DNA of 58,085 nt from an uncultured Candidatus Saccharibacteria bacterium (GTDB lineage Bacteria > Patescibacteriota > Minisyncoccia > Phycocordibacterales > WO2-35-19). The position numbers and the translations under genes are program-made. Location of the stretch: assembly GCA_964548205.1 (NCBI GenBank), contig CAZJPJ010000001.1:1-58085 (forward strand), read 5' to 3'. The notes under the pieces are model-generated. The model did no database searches. It was not told where the DNA came from and worked only from the letters and a program-made list of their open reading frames with translations. Of this stretch, positions 9,645 through 17,720 are shown piece by piece (position 1 is the stretch's first letter; every line of letters starts with the position of its first letter).

Positions 9645-10862
9645 ATGGATGAAAACAATCATAAAAATTGGGTAAGAAACTCTGTAGCTATTTTTTTAAT
9701 TTTTGTGCTAGGGGCGCATTTTGGGGCTTTGGGCAATGAAAGGAGGGCTCCGCGAATGAATGTGTTGAACATAGATGAAAAAGATCTTGATCTAGGTCCG
9801 TTCTGGCAAGTCTGGAACACTCTTGAAGATAGATTTGCTCCTGCTTCTTCTACGACACCTCCGGTATCTAGCGATGATAAAATATACGGAGCTATAGCGG
9901 GGCTTGCTGCTTCTTATAGAGATCCATATACAGTTTTTTTGCCGCCAGCTGAGTCGAAGTTTTTTAATGAAGAAATAAATGGTTCCTTCGGAGGTGTCGG
10001 TATGGAGATAGGTATAGAAGGAGGGGTTTTGACTGTGGTATCACCTCTAAAGGGTACTCCAGCTGATAAGGCTGGTGTAAAACCGGGAGACAAGATCGTA
10101 GCAATAAACGGGGTTCTTACTCAGGGTATAAGTGTAGACGAAGCTGTAAAAAATATAAGAGGTGAAATAGGTACAAGTGTGGAAGTATCTTTTGCCCGAG
10201 AGGGGGAAAAAGAGCTTCTGGTAAAAAACCTAGTAAGGGCAGTTATCGAGATACCTACAGTAGAGACTAAAGTTACAAAAGAAGGAGTCTTTGTAATAGA
10301 ACTTTACAACTTTAGTGCTGTATCCCCAAATCTTTTTAGGGGAGCACTTAGAGAATTTGTACTTTCTGGCAGTGATAGGTTGATAATAGATTTGCGCAAT
10401 AATCCTGGTGGATTTTTGGAAGCCGCTATTGATATGGCTAGCTGGTTTTTGCCTACAGGTAAGGTGGTAGTGACAGAAGATTTTGGTAGAGAAGGGGAGG
10501 AAGATCAGGTCTATAGAAGCAAGGGTTATGATGTCTTTAATGAAAATCTAAAGATGGTGATACTTATAAACGAAGGGTCTGCAAGTGCTTCTGAAATATT
10601 GGCTGGGGCTTTGCGCGAGCACGGCAAGGCTACTCTTATCGGGCAGAAAAGTTTTGGGAAAGGTTCGGTCCAAGAATTGCTACCGATCACAGACGATACA
10701 TCACTAAAGGTGACAGTGGCGCATTGGCTCACCCCAGATGGCAACTCTATATCAAATGGGGGCATAACTCCTGATGTAGAAATAGAATTAACGCCCGAAA
10801 ATACAAAAGATGGCGCTGATCCGACTCTCGACGCCGCAGTGAAGTATCTGCTTTCGAAATAA
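9645..10862 (+). CDS. ctpA: S41 family C-terminal processing peptidase with PDZ domain
   Basis: DPYT, FGGVGMEI, DLRNNPGG, SASASEI, GKGSVQ. Confidence 0.92.
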   Translation: MDENNHKNWVRNSVAIFLIFVLGAHFGALGNERRAPRMNVLNIDEKDLDLGPFWQVWNTLEDRFAPASSTTPPVSSDDKIYGAIAGLAASYRDPYTVFLPPAESKFFNEEINGSFGGVGMEIGIEGGVLTVVSPLKGTPADKAGVKPGDKIVAINGVLTQGISVDEAVKNIRGEIGTSVEVSFAREGEKELLVKNLVRAVIEIPTVETKVTKEGVFVIELYNFSAVSPNLFRGALREFVLSGSDRLIIDLRNNPGGFLEAAIDMASWFLPTGKVVVTEDFGREGEEDQVYRSKGYDVFNENLKMVILINEGSASASEILAGALREHGKATLIGQKSFGKGSVQELLPITDDTSLKVTVAHWLTPDGNSISNGGITPDVEIELTPENTKDGADPTLDAAVKYLLSK

Positions 10863-10879
10863 AAATATAAAAAGTTAAA

Positions 10880-10906
10880 ACCGCGGGCGAAATTTTCGCC
10901 CGCGGT
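10880..10906. terminator. GC-rich palindrome between convergent genes
   Basis: ACCGCGGGCGAAA-T-TTTCGCCCGCGGT, 13-bp perfect arms. Confidence 0.65.
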
Positions 10907-10925
10907 CGCGGTGGAAGGGGATGGT

Positions 10926-11426
10926 CTAGTCCTGCTGCTTTGCCATCTTATCCCAGTCGAGGTCGACGCTATCGACCCCGAAATGTCGTAAGGCCCTCCG
11001 GAGTTTTTCGTATCCGGCTTTGGCCTCCGATATACGACGATCGAGATCGATCGCTTTCTGCGGGTCCACCTTCCGGTTTTTGTAGAGAGAGTTTTCTTCC
11101 TCCACAAATACTTGGATAGACACGGCTAGAGATATCATCTCAGCCTTGCCTTTGGATTCAGCGTATGTTCTCCATTTCCACATTTCTCCGAGAGCATGCG
11201 GGTGTAACCCAATTGCTTCGGTGACGAGCTCTTCCATTTGGTAGATGTCGTAAATGAAAAATGTGAAAAAAAATGCGAACAGGCTTGCCGCGATGGCAAC
11301 ATAGGGCTCGATACCTCCCGTTCTGTAGAAGAGTTCGTAGCCGGCGATCAGTGCCATAATGGTCCCAATAATCGCCGTCAAGGTACCTAAGAGTACCCAA
11401 AAAAGCTTTCTTTTTCTGCTCATCAT
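10926..11426 (-). CDS. Hypothetical membrane protein (2 TM plus coiled coil), GC-richer than its neighbours
   Basis: 166-aa ORF with its own consensus promoter upstream. Confidence 0.7.
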   Translation of the reverse strand: MMSRKRKLFWVLLGTLTAIIGTIMALIAGYELFYRTGGIEPYVAIAASLFAFFFTFFIYDIYQMEELVTEAIGLHPHALGEMWKWRTYAESKGKAEMISLAVSIQVFVEEENSLYKNRKVDPQKAIDLDRRISEAKAGYEKLRRALRHFGVDSVDLDWDKMAKQQD

Positions 11427-11507
11427 TTCATTTTCCTCTTTCCAGAAGCTTCCTCAGCTTCTGTTTTTGAAAGTACATAACGCTTCCTCAGCGCCATGCC
11501 TGCTATA

Positions 11508-11536
11508 ATTATATACTATTAATGCTATTATGTCAA
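11508..11536 (-). promoter_or_regulatory. Consensus sigma70 promoter
   Basis: Minus strand TTGACA-17 nt-TATAAT, exact consensus. Confidence 0.75.
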
Positions 11537-11598
11537 ATCTGAATCTATGTAAGTGATTCTGGAATATTTTCATCTATTGCTGTAAATTATAAGTAAAT

Positions 11599-12042
11599 AT
11601 GAAAGTGATACTTCTACAAGACGTGAAGGGGACGGGGAGAAAGGGAGAAGTCAAAGAGGTTAGTGACGGGTATGCTAGGAATTTTTTGTTGCCAAACAAG
11701 AAGGCAGTATTTGCATCTCCAGAGGCTGTAAAAAAATATAATGATAATAAAGAGAGAGAAGGGGTACAGAGGGAGATAGAGCAAAATCTAGCTCGCCAGA
11801 CTCTCGACATGCTCAGAGGGACAAAGGTGGTGATAAAGGTAAAAGCCAATGAACAAGGGCACCTCTTTGCCAAACTCGACACTGCTCTCATAGCACAGGC
11901 TATAAAAGATCAGACTAAAACTGAAATAAAGCAGGAAAATATAAAAATAAAAGAACCGATCAAACAGATCGGCGCTCACAAAATAGGTATAGACTTAGCA
12001 GGGGTAGTGGGGGAGATGGAGGTGGTCGTAGATAGTGAGTAG
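11599..12042 (+). CDS. rplI: 50S ribosomal protein L9
   Basis: [32 protein letters not shown]. Confidence 0.97.
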   Translation: MKVILLQDVKGTGRKGEVKEVSDGYARNFLLPNKKAVFASPEAVKKYNDNKEREGVQREIEQNLARQTLDMLRGTKVVIKVKANEQGHLFAKLDTALIAQAIKDQTKTEIKQENIKIKEPIKQIGAHKIGIDLAGVVGEMEVVVDSE

Positions 12043-12120
12043 CTCCTAAAAATATCTTCACTCGCACGCATAATTTTTTGCTAAAAATTTGCTCGTGCCC
12101 GCACAATTCAAGGAGTCATA

Positions 12121-12148
12121 TTGACTTTTTATCATTTTCCAGTATAAT
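12121..12148 (+). promoter_or_regulatory. Putative sigma70 promoter
   Basis: TTGACT-16 nt-TATAAT; GGAGG at 12175-12179 before GTG 12186. Confidence 0.6.
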
Positions 12149-12185
12149 CTCCAAAGGAAGTTAACTTTGAAATTGGAGGTGCTGA

Positions 12186-12791
12186 GTGCACAAGCTTACT
12201 TTTTTTCTTGGAGTTTTGGTGGCGGTCCTGCACGGGAGCGCCTTCATCATTTACAACATTCAGACAAAACAAGGTAAGTCTGATCCAAACCCGGTTAGTT
12301 GGAGTATCTGGGCATTTCTTGCGACCATGAACGCTCTGACTTATCGGGAAATGAGCGGGGACGTTGTTGCCACATTCCAGTTCTATACTGGTTCGGTGGC
12401 TTGTACGTTGACTTTTCTTTACGTGCTCGCTATCGGGGAGTTTGCTTGGCTTGAGCCGGAAGAATGGTTGCTCTTTCTCCTGGGGTTGGCGGCGTCTTTG
12501 GTCTATTGGAAATTCAGAAATGCAACGGGTGGCAATCTTATCATTCTTGTTGCGTTTTTGATTTCATTCTACCCAACGTTTAAAGCGGTTCTTGAGAACC
12601 CTTTCAAGGAGACTCCCACGGCTTGGAATATTTGGACGCTGGCGCTGTTTCTTAATGTGGTAAATATAGCTCTCCGCGGTGGTGAGCCGATCGCGTTCCT
12701 TATGCCCGGTGTCCTGCTCATTTGCCACTGGAGCATCGCATGGTTGTCTCGACCAAAGAGGAAAGAACAGTTTCGTTTTGCTCGAGCTTGA
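12186..12791 (+). CDS. Polytopic membrane protein with two P-x-x-x-x-W-x-I-W-like halves (PQ-loop/SemiSWEET-like by inference)
   Basis: DPNPVSWSIW and PFKETPTAWNIW halves; paralogous to the broken gene at 41197-41629. Confidence 0.7.
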   Translation: MHKLTFFLGVLVAVLHGSAFIIYNIQTKQGKSDPNPVSWSIWAFLATMNALTYREMSGDVVATFQFYTGSVACTLTFLYVLAIGEFAWLEPEEWLLFLLGLAASLVYWKFRNATGGNLIILVAFLISFYPTFKAVLENPFKETPTAWNIWTLALFLNVVNIALRGGEPIAFLMPGVLLICHWSIAWLSRPKRKEQFRFARA

Positions 12792-12798
12792 AACAACA

Positions 12799-12828
12799 CA
12801 GCCGCCGTCCCCATGGGGACGGCGGCTG
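12799..12828. terminator. Perfect 30-bp palindrome between convergent genes
   Basis: CAGCCGCCGTCCCCA|TGGGGACGGCGGCTG. Confidence 0.7.
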
Positions 12829-12850
12829 ATCTGATATTTTTTATATATAA

Positions 12851-13123
12851 CTACGCTATGCTGGCGACTTTTTTGATGACAGTAGTGCCGTCGAAGTGAG
12901 TTTTGCGTTTGTTGCTGAAGGAGACTTTGCCTTCGCGGAGGGCATATAGAGTGTGGTCCTTGCCCATGGCGACACCGTTGCCGGCGAGTACCTTGGAGCC
13001 TCTTTGGCGTACTATGATAGAGCCAAGCACAGCAAAGCCTCCATCAGGTATCTTTACACCGAGGAATTTAGGATTGGAATCTCGCCCGTTTTTGGTTGTA
13101 CCGGCTGCTTTTTTATGTGCCAT
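12851..13123 (-). CDS. rpmA: 50S ribosomal protein L27
   Basis: [31 protein letters not shown]. Confidence 0.98.
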   Translation of the reverse strand: MAHKKAAGTTKNGRDSNPKFLGVKIPDGGFAVLGSIIVRQRGSKVLAGNGVAMGKDHTLYALREGKVSFSNKRKTHFDGTTVIKKVASIA

Positions 13124-13240
13124 CTCTCTTTATTGCTAAATGCTTATGTTATTGGGATAATATATACCAATTTGGTGTCCTTGGCAAGGGCCTAGATCTA
13201 AAGTCTCAAGACCCAAAAACCAAGTACCAAACAAATCCTA

Positions 13241-13759
13241 ATGCTCGAAAAACAAAGTCTAGAAACAAAAGAAGAATACATAAATGATTTCGATGTCGAT
13301 ATTTCAGAAGAGAAAAATGGCTTGAGTCATAAATTAGAGCATTTTTTGGAGAGTCGGTATTTTGTGGCCGTAGTAGTGGTACTTGTAGCTACTATCGCTT
13401 TTTGTATAGGAAGGTTTGGGCAAATAGGGAGTATGAGGGAGCCGGTGAGGATATTGCGCAGTGGGCAAGCTGGAGCGGTAGCTAATCTTGAGGGAAGCGT
13501 TTCCAACAAAGATATCCCCCCTAACCCCCCATACCCTAAGGGGAGCACAGAAGAAAAAAACACAGAGTCACAAAATTTTAACGCTGCAGCTTCTGGTTCT
13601 CAACAAGTCGTAGCTTCCAAAAACGGCACCAAGTACCACCTCCCAACATGTCCTGGGGCCAAGCAGATCAGTGAGAAAAACAAAATAACATTTAAGAGTA
13701 TTGAAGAGGCTCGCGCCGCTGGCTACACCCCCGCCGCCAATTGCAAAGGTCTGAAGTAA
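13241..13759 (+). CDS. Membrane-anchored protein with C-terminal Ada-like metal-binding domain
   Basis: TM helix, low-complexity linker, SKNGTKYHLPTC...EEARAAGYTPAANC. Confidence 0.75.
   Translation: MLEKQSLETKEEYINDFDVDISEEKNGLSHKLEHFLESRYFVAVVVVLVATIAFCIGRFGQIGSMREPVRILRSGQAGAVANLEGSVSNKDIPPNPPYPKGSTEEKNTESQNFNAAASGSQQVVASKNGTKYHLPTCPGAKQISEKNKITFKSIEEARAAGYTPAANCKGLK
13514..13545 (+). repeat. CCCCCCTAACCCC...AGGGG dispersed repeat, copy inside a CDS
   Basis: ATCCCCCCTAACCCCCCATACCCTAAGGGGAG, read as IPPNPPYPKG. Confidence 0.55.
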
Positions 13760-13834
13760 AGTATTGAGTATTTTGTACTAGTGAGTTGATAAAATTGCAA
13801 AACCTCTTAAGTTCCGTATTATTTAGATATAAAT

Positions 13835-14437
13835 ATGAAAGGAATTATTTACATAATGACAACAGCTGTTTCTGGTCTCATAAAGATTGGTCAAAGCGGA
13901 ACAAATAACTACCAAGAACGCATGCGCTTTCTTGAGTCGAATGGTTACTACAACGTCTCTGGACTAAAAAGATTTTTTGCAATCGAAATAGATGACTATC
14001 AAGAGAAAGAGCGTTTGCTCCATGAAATATTTAGTAAACAGCAGATTGGCGATAGCGAATTATTTGCTCTTGATTATGATTTAGTGCGTCAGCTTTTATT
14101 GTCATTTGACGGTAAGGTGATTTATCCCAAAGATGTAAACAAGGAAAAAGAATTTGACGAAGTTTCAAAAGCTAGAGAACAAGGAGCAAGGTTTAGTTTG
14201 TATAAAAAAGGTATCAAAGACGGAGAAGAAGTTGTTTTTATCTCTGACAAGGAAATCACGGCAAAAGTTGTTGGTGAACGCGAAGTGGAATATGGCGGAC
14301 AAGTTTGGAAACTTTCGCCCCTTACCTATAAGATATTTGAGCAAAAAGGAAAATTAAACGAAAGTGGTGCTTACCAAGGAGCGGCGTATTGGGAGTATAA
14401 AGGTAAGAGACTCAGAGACTTACCAGAAATTATTTAA
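13835..14437 (+). CDS. GIY-YIG/T5orf172-like nuclease with C-terminal RAMA-like domain
   Basis: GIIYIMT...LIKIG...ERMRFL N-terminus; EYGGQVWKLSPL...GAYQGAAYWEYKGKRL C-terminus. Confidence 0.65.
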   Translation: MKGIIYIMTTAVSGLIKIGQSGTNNYQERMRFLESNGYYNVSGLKRFFAIEIDDYQEKERLLHEIFSKQQIGDSELFALDYDLVRQLLLSFDGKVIYPKDVNKEKEFDEVSKAREQGARFSLYKKGIKDGEEVVFISDKEITAKVVGEREVEYGGQVWKLSPLTYKIFEQKGKLNESGAYQGAAYWEYKGKRLRDLPEII

Positions 14438-14468
14438 ACCCGATATTACAAGTATAATTTTTATTAAT

Positions 14469-16505
14469 ATGGCACAATCAATCGAACCAAACATCGCAGA
14501 CCTCGTAAACGGATGGCTAAAGACTTACAAGCTCGACTATAAATTGGAGATGGAGTCTTTGAATATGGAAATTGACAAAGCGCTGACTGACTACTTCACA
14601 AAAAATGGTGGTTCGGGTGCCAATCGACCTGATGCAAAACTCCTCCTGCAAGACAAAAACCTGGACTATTATCCTGTACTAATTGAGTACAAGGGCTACA
14701 AAGACAAACTGGTCAAACTCGACAGCGATGGTCAAGTAGAAAACAAAACAGCCAAGAACGAGCCGAATTTCAAAAATATCAATGGCTTTGCCGTAAACGG
14801 TGCTGTGCATTATGCAAACGCGGTGCTGCACCACACTAGCTATACAGATATTATTGCTATCGGCGTGACCGGTCACAAAGACGAAGCTGGAACAATTCAC
14901 CACCAAATTGGTGTGTACTTTGTTTCAAAAAACAACCTTGGAGCCGGGCAAAAAGTCGGCGAATACACCGACTTGTCATTCTTGAAGTCAGAAAACTTTG
15001 ATGCGTTCATCGAAAAGGTAAAAAGTCTCAGTCTTACCCAAGAAGAAATCGACAAACTCAAAGAGCAAAAGGAAAGAGAAATTGAAACAAGTCTCTTAAA
15101 GCTCAACAACGATATCTACCAAAACGAAAAAGGCATCGGAACAAATGATCGCGTCTATCTTGTGGCAGCTTCTATTATTGCAACTATCGGAGTGCCCAAT
15201 AAAGTTCCGGTACTAGAAAAAAGTGATCTAAGATCACAAACATTTGAAGGGGGACGAGACGGGGATATTATAATTGACAGGATAAATGCTTTTTTGAATG
15301 AAAGAAATTTACCAAAAGACAAGAAGAATCTAATTGTTCGAACTCTCTCAAACACATTGTTAAATGAAAACATAAACAGACCCGTCAATGGAGAAAGTCA
15401 ACTCAGACGAGTATTTTCTAAAATCGTAGACGACCTTGGTATTTACTACAAAATCGGTCTGACGACAGATTTTACCGGCAAGCTTTTTAATGAGATGTAC
15501 CGCTGGCTCGGCTTCACGCCAGACACATATAACGACGTCGTACTCACACCACCTTATGTAGCCAGGCTTTTGGTCAAACTAGCTCGTGTCAATAAAGATT
15601 CATATGTTTGGGACTTTGCTACCGGGTCGGCCGGTTTGTTAGTAGCAGCCATGAACGAGATGCTCAATGACGCCAAGCAATCCATCAAATCACCCGATGA
15701 GCTCGCGCAAAAAGAAATCAAAATCAAAGCCGAGCAACTCCTTGGTCTCGAATGGCTACCCGAAGTGTACATGCTCGCGATCCTCAATATGATTCTGATG
15801 GGTGACGGAAGCTCAAACATTCTCAATCAAGACTCCCTCAAAGACTTCGATGGCAAATACGGATTTGGCAAAACCGACAGTAATTTCCCAGCCGATGCCT
15901 TCGTGCTCAATCCACCGTATTCTGCCGCTGGTAATGGTATGAATTTCGTAGAAAAAGCGCTTAGCATGATGAACAAGGGCTACGCTGCGATCATCATCCA
16001 AAGCTCAGCAGGTAGTGGGAAGGCGAAAGAATACAACAAGCGTATCCTTGAGAAGCACACACTTATTGCCAGCATCAAAATGCCCGATAATTTGTTTATT
16101 GGGAAGTCGAGTGTGCAAACTCGTATCTACGTGTTCAAGGTAAACGAAAAGCACCAAAAAGATGAAATGGTGAAGTTTATTGATTTTTCAAACGATGGCT
16201 ATACCCGCACCGACCGCAAAAAGGCTAGTAACAATCTTAAAGATACCAATCAAGCAAAAGAACGCTACGAAGAGCTGGTGAACCTTGTGAGGTTTGGCAA
16301 GAGCAAACTCTCTATCTTTACTGAAGCCGAATACTACGAAAACACCATTGATCCAGACAATGGCGCGGACTGGAACCAATCTGCCCCTATAGACACCACG
16401 CCAACCATTGCCGACTTCAAAAAGACCGTTGGCGACTATCTCGCATGGGAAGTTGGCAATATCTTAAAACAGCAAAGTAAAAACGACCCGTCGGGAAAAG
16501 CCTAA
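14469..16505 (+). CDS. Fused restriction endonuclease/N6-adenine methyltransferase (BcgI-alpha-like, type IIB/IIG RM subunit)
   Basis: PD...IEYK nuclease motif, DFATGSAG (motif I), NPPY (motif IV). ATG 14469 preferred to the track's GTG 14364, which overlaps the upstream gene. Confidence 0.88.
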   Translation: MAQSIEPNIADLVNGWLKTYKLDYKLEMESLNMEIDKALTDYFTKNGGSGANRPDAKLLLQDKNLDYYPVLIEYKGYKDKLVKLDSDGQVENKTAKNEPNFKNINGFAVNGAVHYANAVLHHTSYTDIIAIGVTGHKDEAGTIHHQIGVYFVSKNNLGAGQKVGEYTDLSFLKSENFDAFIEKVKSLSLTQEEIDKLKEQKEREIETSLLKLNNDIYQNEKGIGTNDRVYLVAASIIATIGVPNKVPVLEKSDLRSQTFEGGRDGDIIIDRINAFLNERNLPKDKKNLIVRTLSNTLLNENINRPVNGESQLRRVFSKIVDDLGIYYKIGLTTDFTGKLFNEMYRWLGFTPDTYNDVVLTPPYVARLLVKLARVNKDSYVWDFATGSAGLLVAAMNEMLNDAKQSIKSPDELAQKEIKIKAEQLLGLEWLPEVYMLAILNMILMGDGSSNILNQDSLKDFDGKYGFGKTDSNFPADAFVLNPPYSAAGNGMNFVEKALSMMNKGYAAIIIQSSAGSGKAKEYNKRILEKHTLIASIKMPDNLFIGKSSVQTRIYVFKVNEKHQKDEMVKFIDFSNDGYTRTDRKKASNNLKDTNQAKERYEELVNLVRFGKSKLSIFTEAEYYENTIDPDNGADWNQSAPIDTTPTIADFKKTVGDYLAWEVGNILKQQSKNDPSGKA

Positions 16506-16543
16506 GCCCCCTCGACGCAAAGCTGCAAGAGGTCGAGTGGGGC
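16493..16543 (+). other. Candidate programmed -1 ribosomal frameshift signal
   Basis: Slippery G GGA AAA 16493-16499, 6-nt spacer GCCTAA, stem GCCCC-CTCGAC (16506-16516) pairing with GTCGAG-T-GGGGC (16532-16543). Confidence 0.7.
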
Positions 16544-17650
16544 GAATACAGGATCGGTGGTTTGTTTGAGATTGGAACTGGAAGCTTGGTTAATATTAGA
16601 GATGCAAAAAGTGGAGATATTCCACGTGTGTCTGTGCAAACTACCGATAACGGTATTCTCGGATATTTTGATGGATCTCTAGTAAACGCTCGATATTTTG
16701 AAAATTTCATCAGCGTAAATTTTTTTGGAGTTTCTTATTACCACCCATATCGTGCGAGTGTCGAAATGAAGGTACATACTCTAAAACTTCCAAACAAATC
16801 TCTTACAAAGTCTGAGGGAACATTTATATCTGCAATGATAAATAAGGCTTTTGATGGAAAATTTAATTATAGCACACAACTTTCAAGTTCTAAATTAAAA
16901 AATGGTAATTATACAATTCAACTCCCAACCAAAAACGGCAAGATAGATTTTGCGTTTATGGAGAGTTTTGTAGCGGAGCTGGAGGCGGAGCGGATAGCGG
17001 AGCTGGAGGCGGAGCGGATAGCGGAGCTGGAGGCGTACTTGGTCGCCAGCGGACTCAAGGACTACTCACTAACCAAGGAAGAAAAGAAGGTTTTGGTTGA
17101 GTTTGAAAAGCAGGAATTTTCTCCTTTCAAAGTCATTGATGTATTTGATGTAAAAAATACAGGTAACATCCTTTCAAGAGATATTGTCGAAAATAGCGGT
17201 GATACTCCATACCTAGGCGCAAGCGCCGACAATAACTCGGTGAGTTCGTATATATCGTACGATGAAAAATACTTAGACAAAGGAAATTGTGTCTTTATCG
17301 GTGGTAAAACATTCGTAGTGTCGTACCAAGAAAAAGACTTTTATTCCAACGATAGTCACAATCTAGTTTTGTATCTCAAAGATACTGAAAAACAGACGAA
17401 GCCAAACTACTTATATCTCGCCGCCTGCGTAAACAAGAGTTTGAAACATAAATACTCTTGGGGTGATAGCATCAGTAACAAGAAAATCCAAAAGGATACA
17501 GTCACACTTCCAGCCCAAAACGATCAGCCAGACTACGGGAAAATGGAAACTTTCATATCCGCCATTCAAAAACTGGTGATAAAAGATGTTGTACAGTACG
17601 CCGACCGCAAAATCGCCGCTACTAAAGAAGTCGTAAGCTTTAAAAGATAA
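16499..17650 (+). CDS. Specificity subunit (HsdS/BcgI-beta-like, two TRDs); probably translated as a -1 frameshift fusion to the RM subunit
   Basis: Frame open from 16481 with no ATG/GTG before TTG 16562; VEWGEYRIGGLF lies upstream of that TTG; two TRD-like halves joined by an AELEAER helix. Confidence 0.8.
   Translation, partial: SLSPLDAKLQEVEWGEYRIGGLFEIGTGSLVNIRDAKSGDIPRVSVQTTDNGILGYFDGSLVNARYFENFISVNFFGVSYYHPYRASVEMKVHTLKLPNKSLTKSEGTFISAMINKAFDGKFNYSTQLSSSKLKNGNYTIQLPTKNGKIDFAFMESFVAELEAERIAELEAERIAELEAYLVASGLKDYSLTKEEKKVLVEFEKQEFSPFKVIDVFDVKNTGNILSRDIVENSGDTPYLGASADNNSVSSYISYDEKYLDKGNCVFIGGKTFVVSYQEKDFYSNDSHNLVLYLKDTEKQTKPNYLYLAACVNKSLKHKYSWGDSISNKKIQKDTVTLPAQNDQPDYGKMETFISAIQKLVIKDVVQYADRKIAATKEVVSFKR
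16971..17035 (+). repeat. 24-bp tandem repeat (2 full copies plus 17 bp) in the inter-TRD linker
   Basis: TAGCGGAGCTGGAGGCGGAGCGGA x2 then TAGCGGAGCTGGAGGCG; encodes AELEAERI-AELEAERI-AELEA. Confidence 0.92.
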
Positions 17651-17720
17651 AAAAGGGATAATAATGAAGTCACGAAGAAAAAATAAAGAAAAGCAGATAT
17701 TGTCACGCGAACGAAGTTAG

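Noticed and set aside
10526-11107. Long alternative-frame ORFs (also 3633-4028, 45767-46285, 51482-52339 and similar)
   Set aside because: Antisense or frame shadows of well-supported genes with no motifs of their own
14364-14468. N-terminal extension of the RM protein from GTG 14364
   Set aside because: Overlaps the upstream nuclease gene by 74 nt and looks non-homologous; ATG 14469 fits better
16971-17035. CRISPR-like array
   Set aside because: Units are contiguous without spacers and in frame in a CDS; no cas genes
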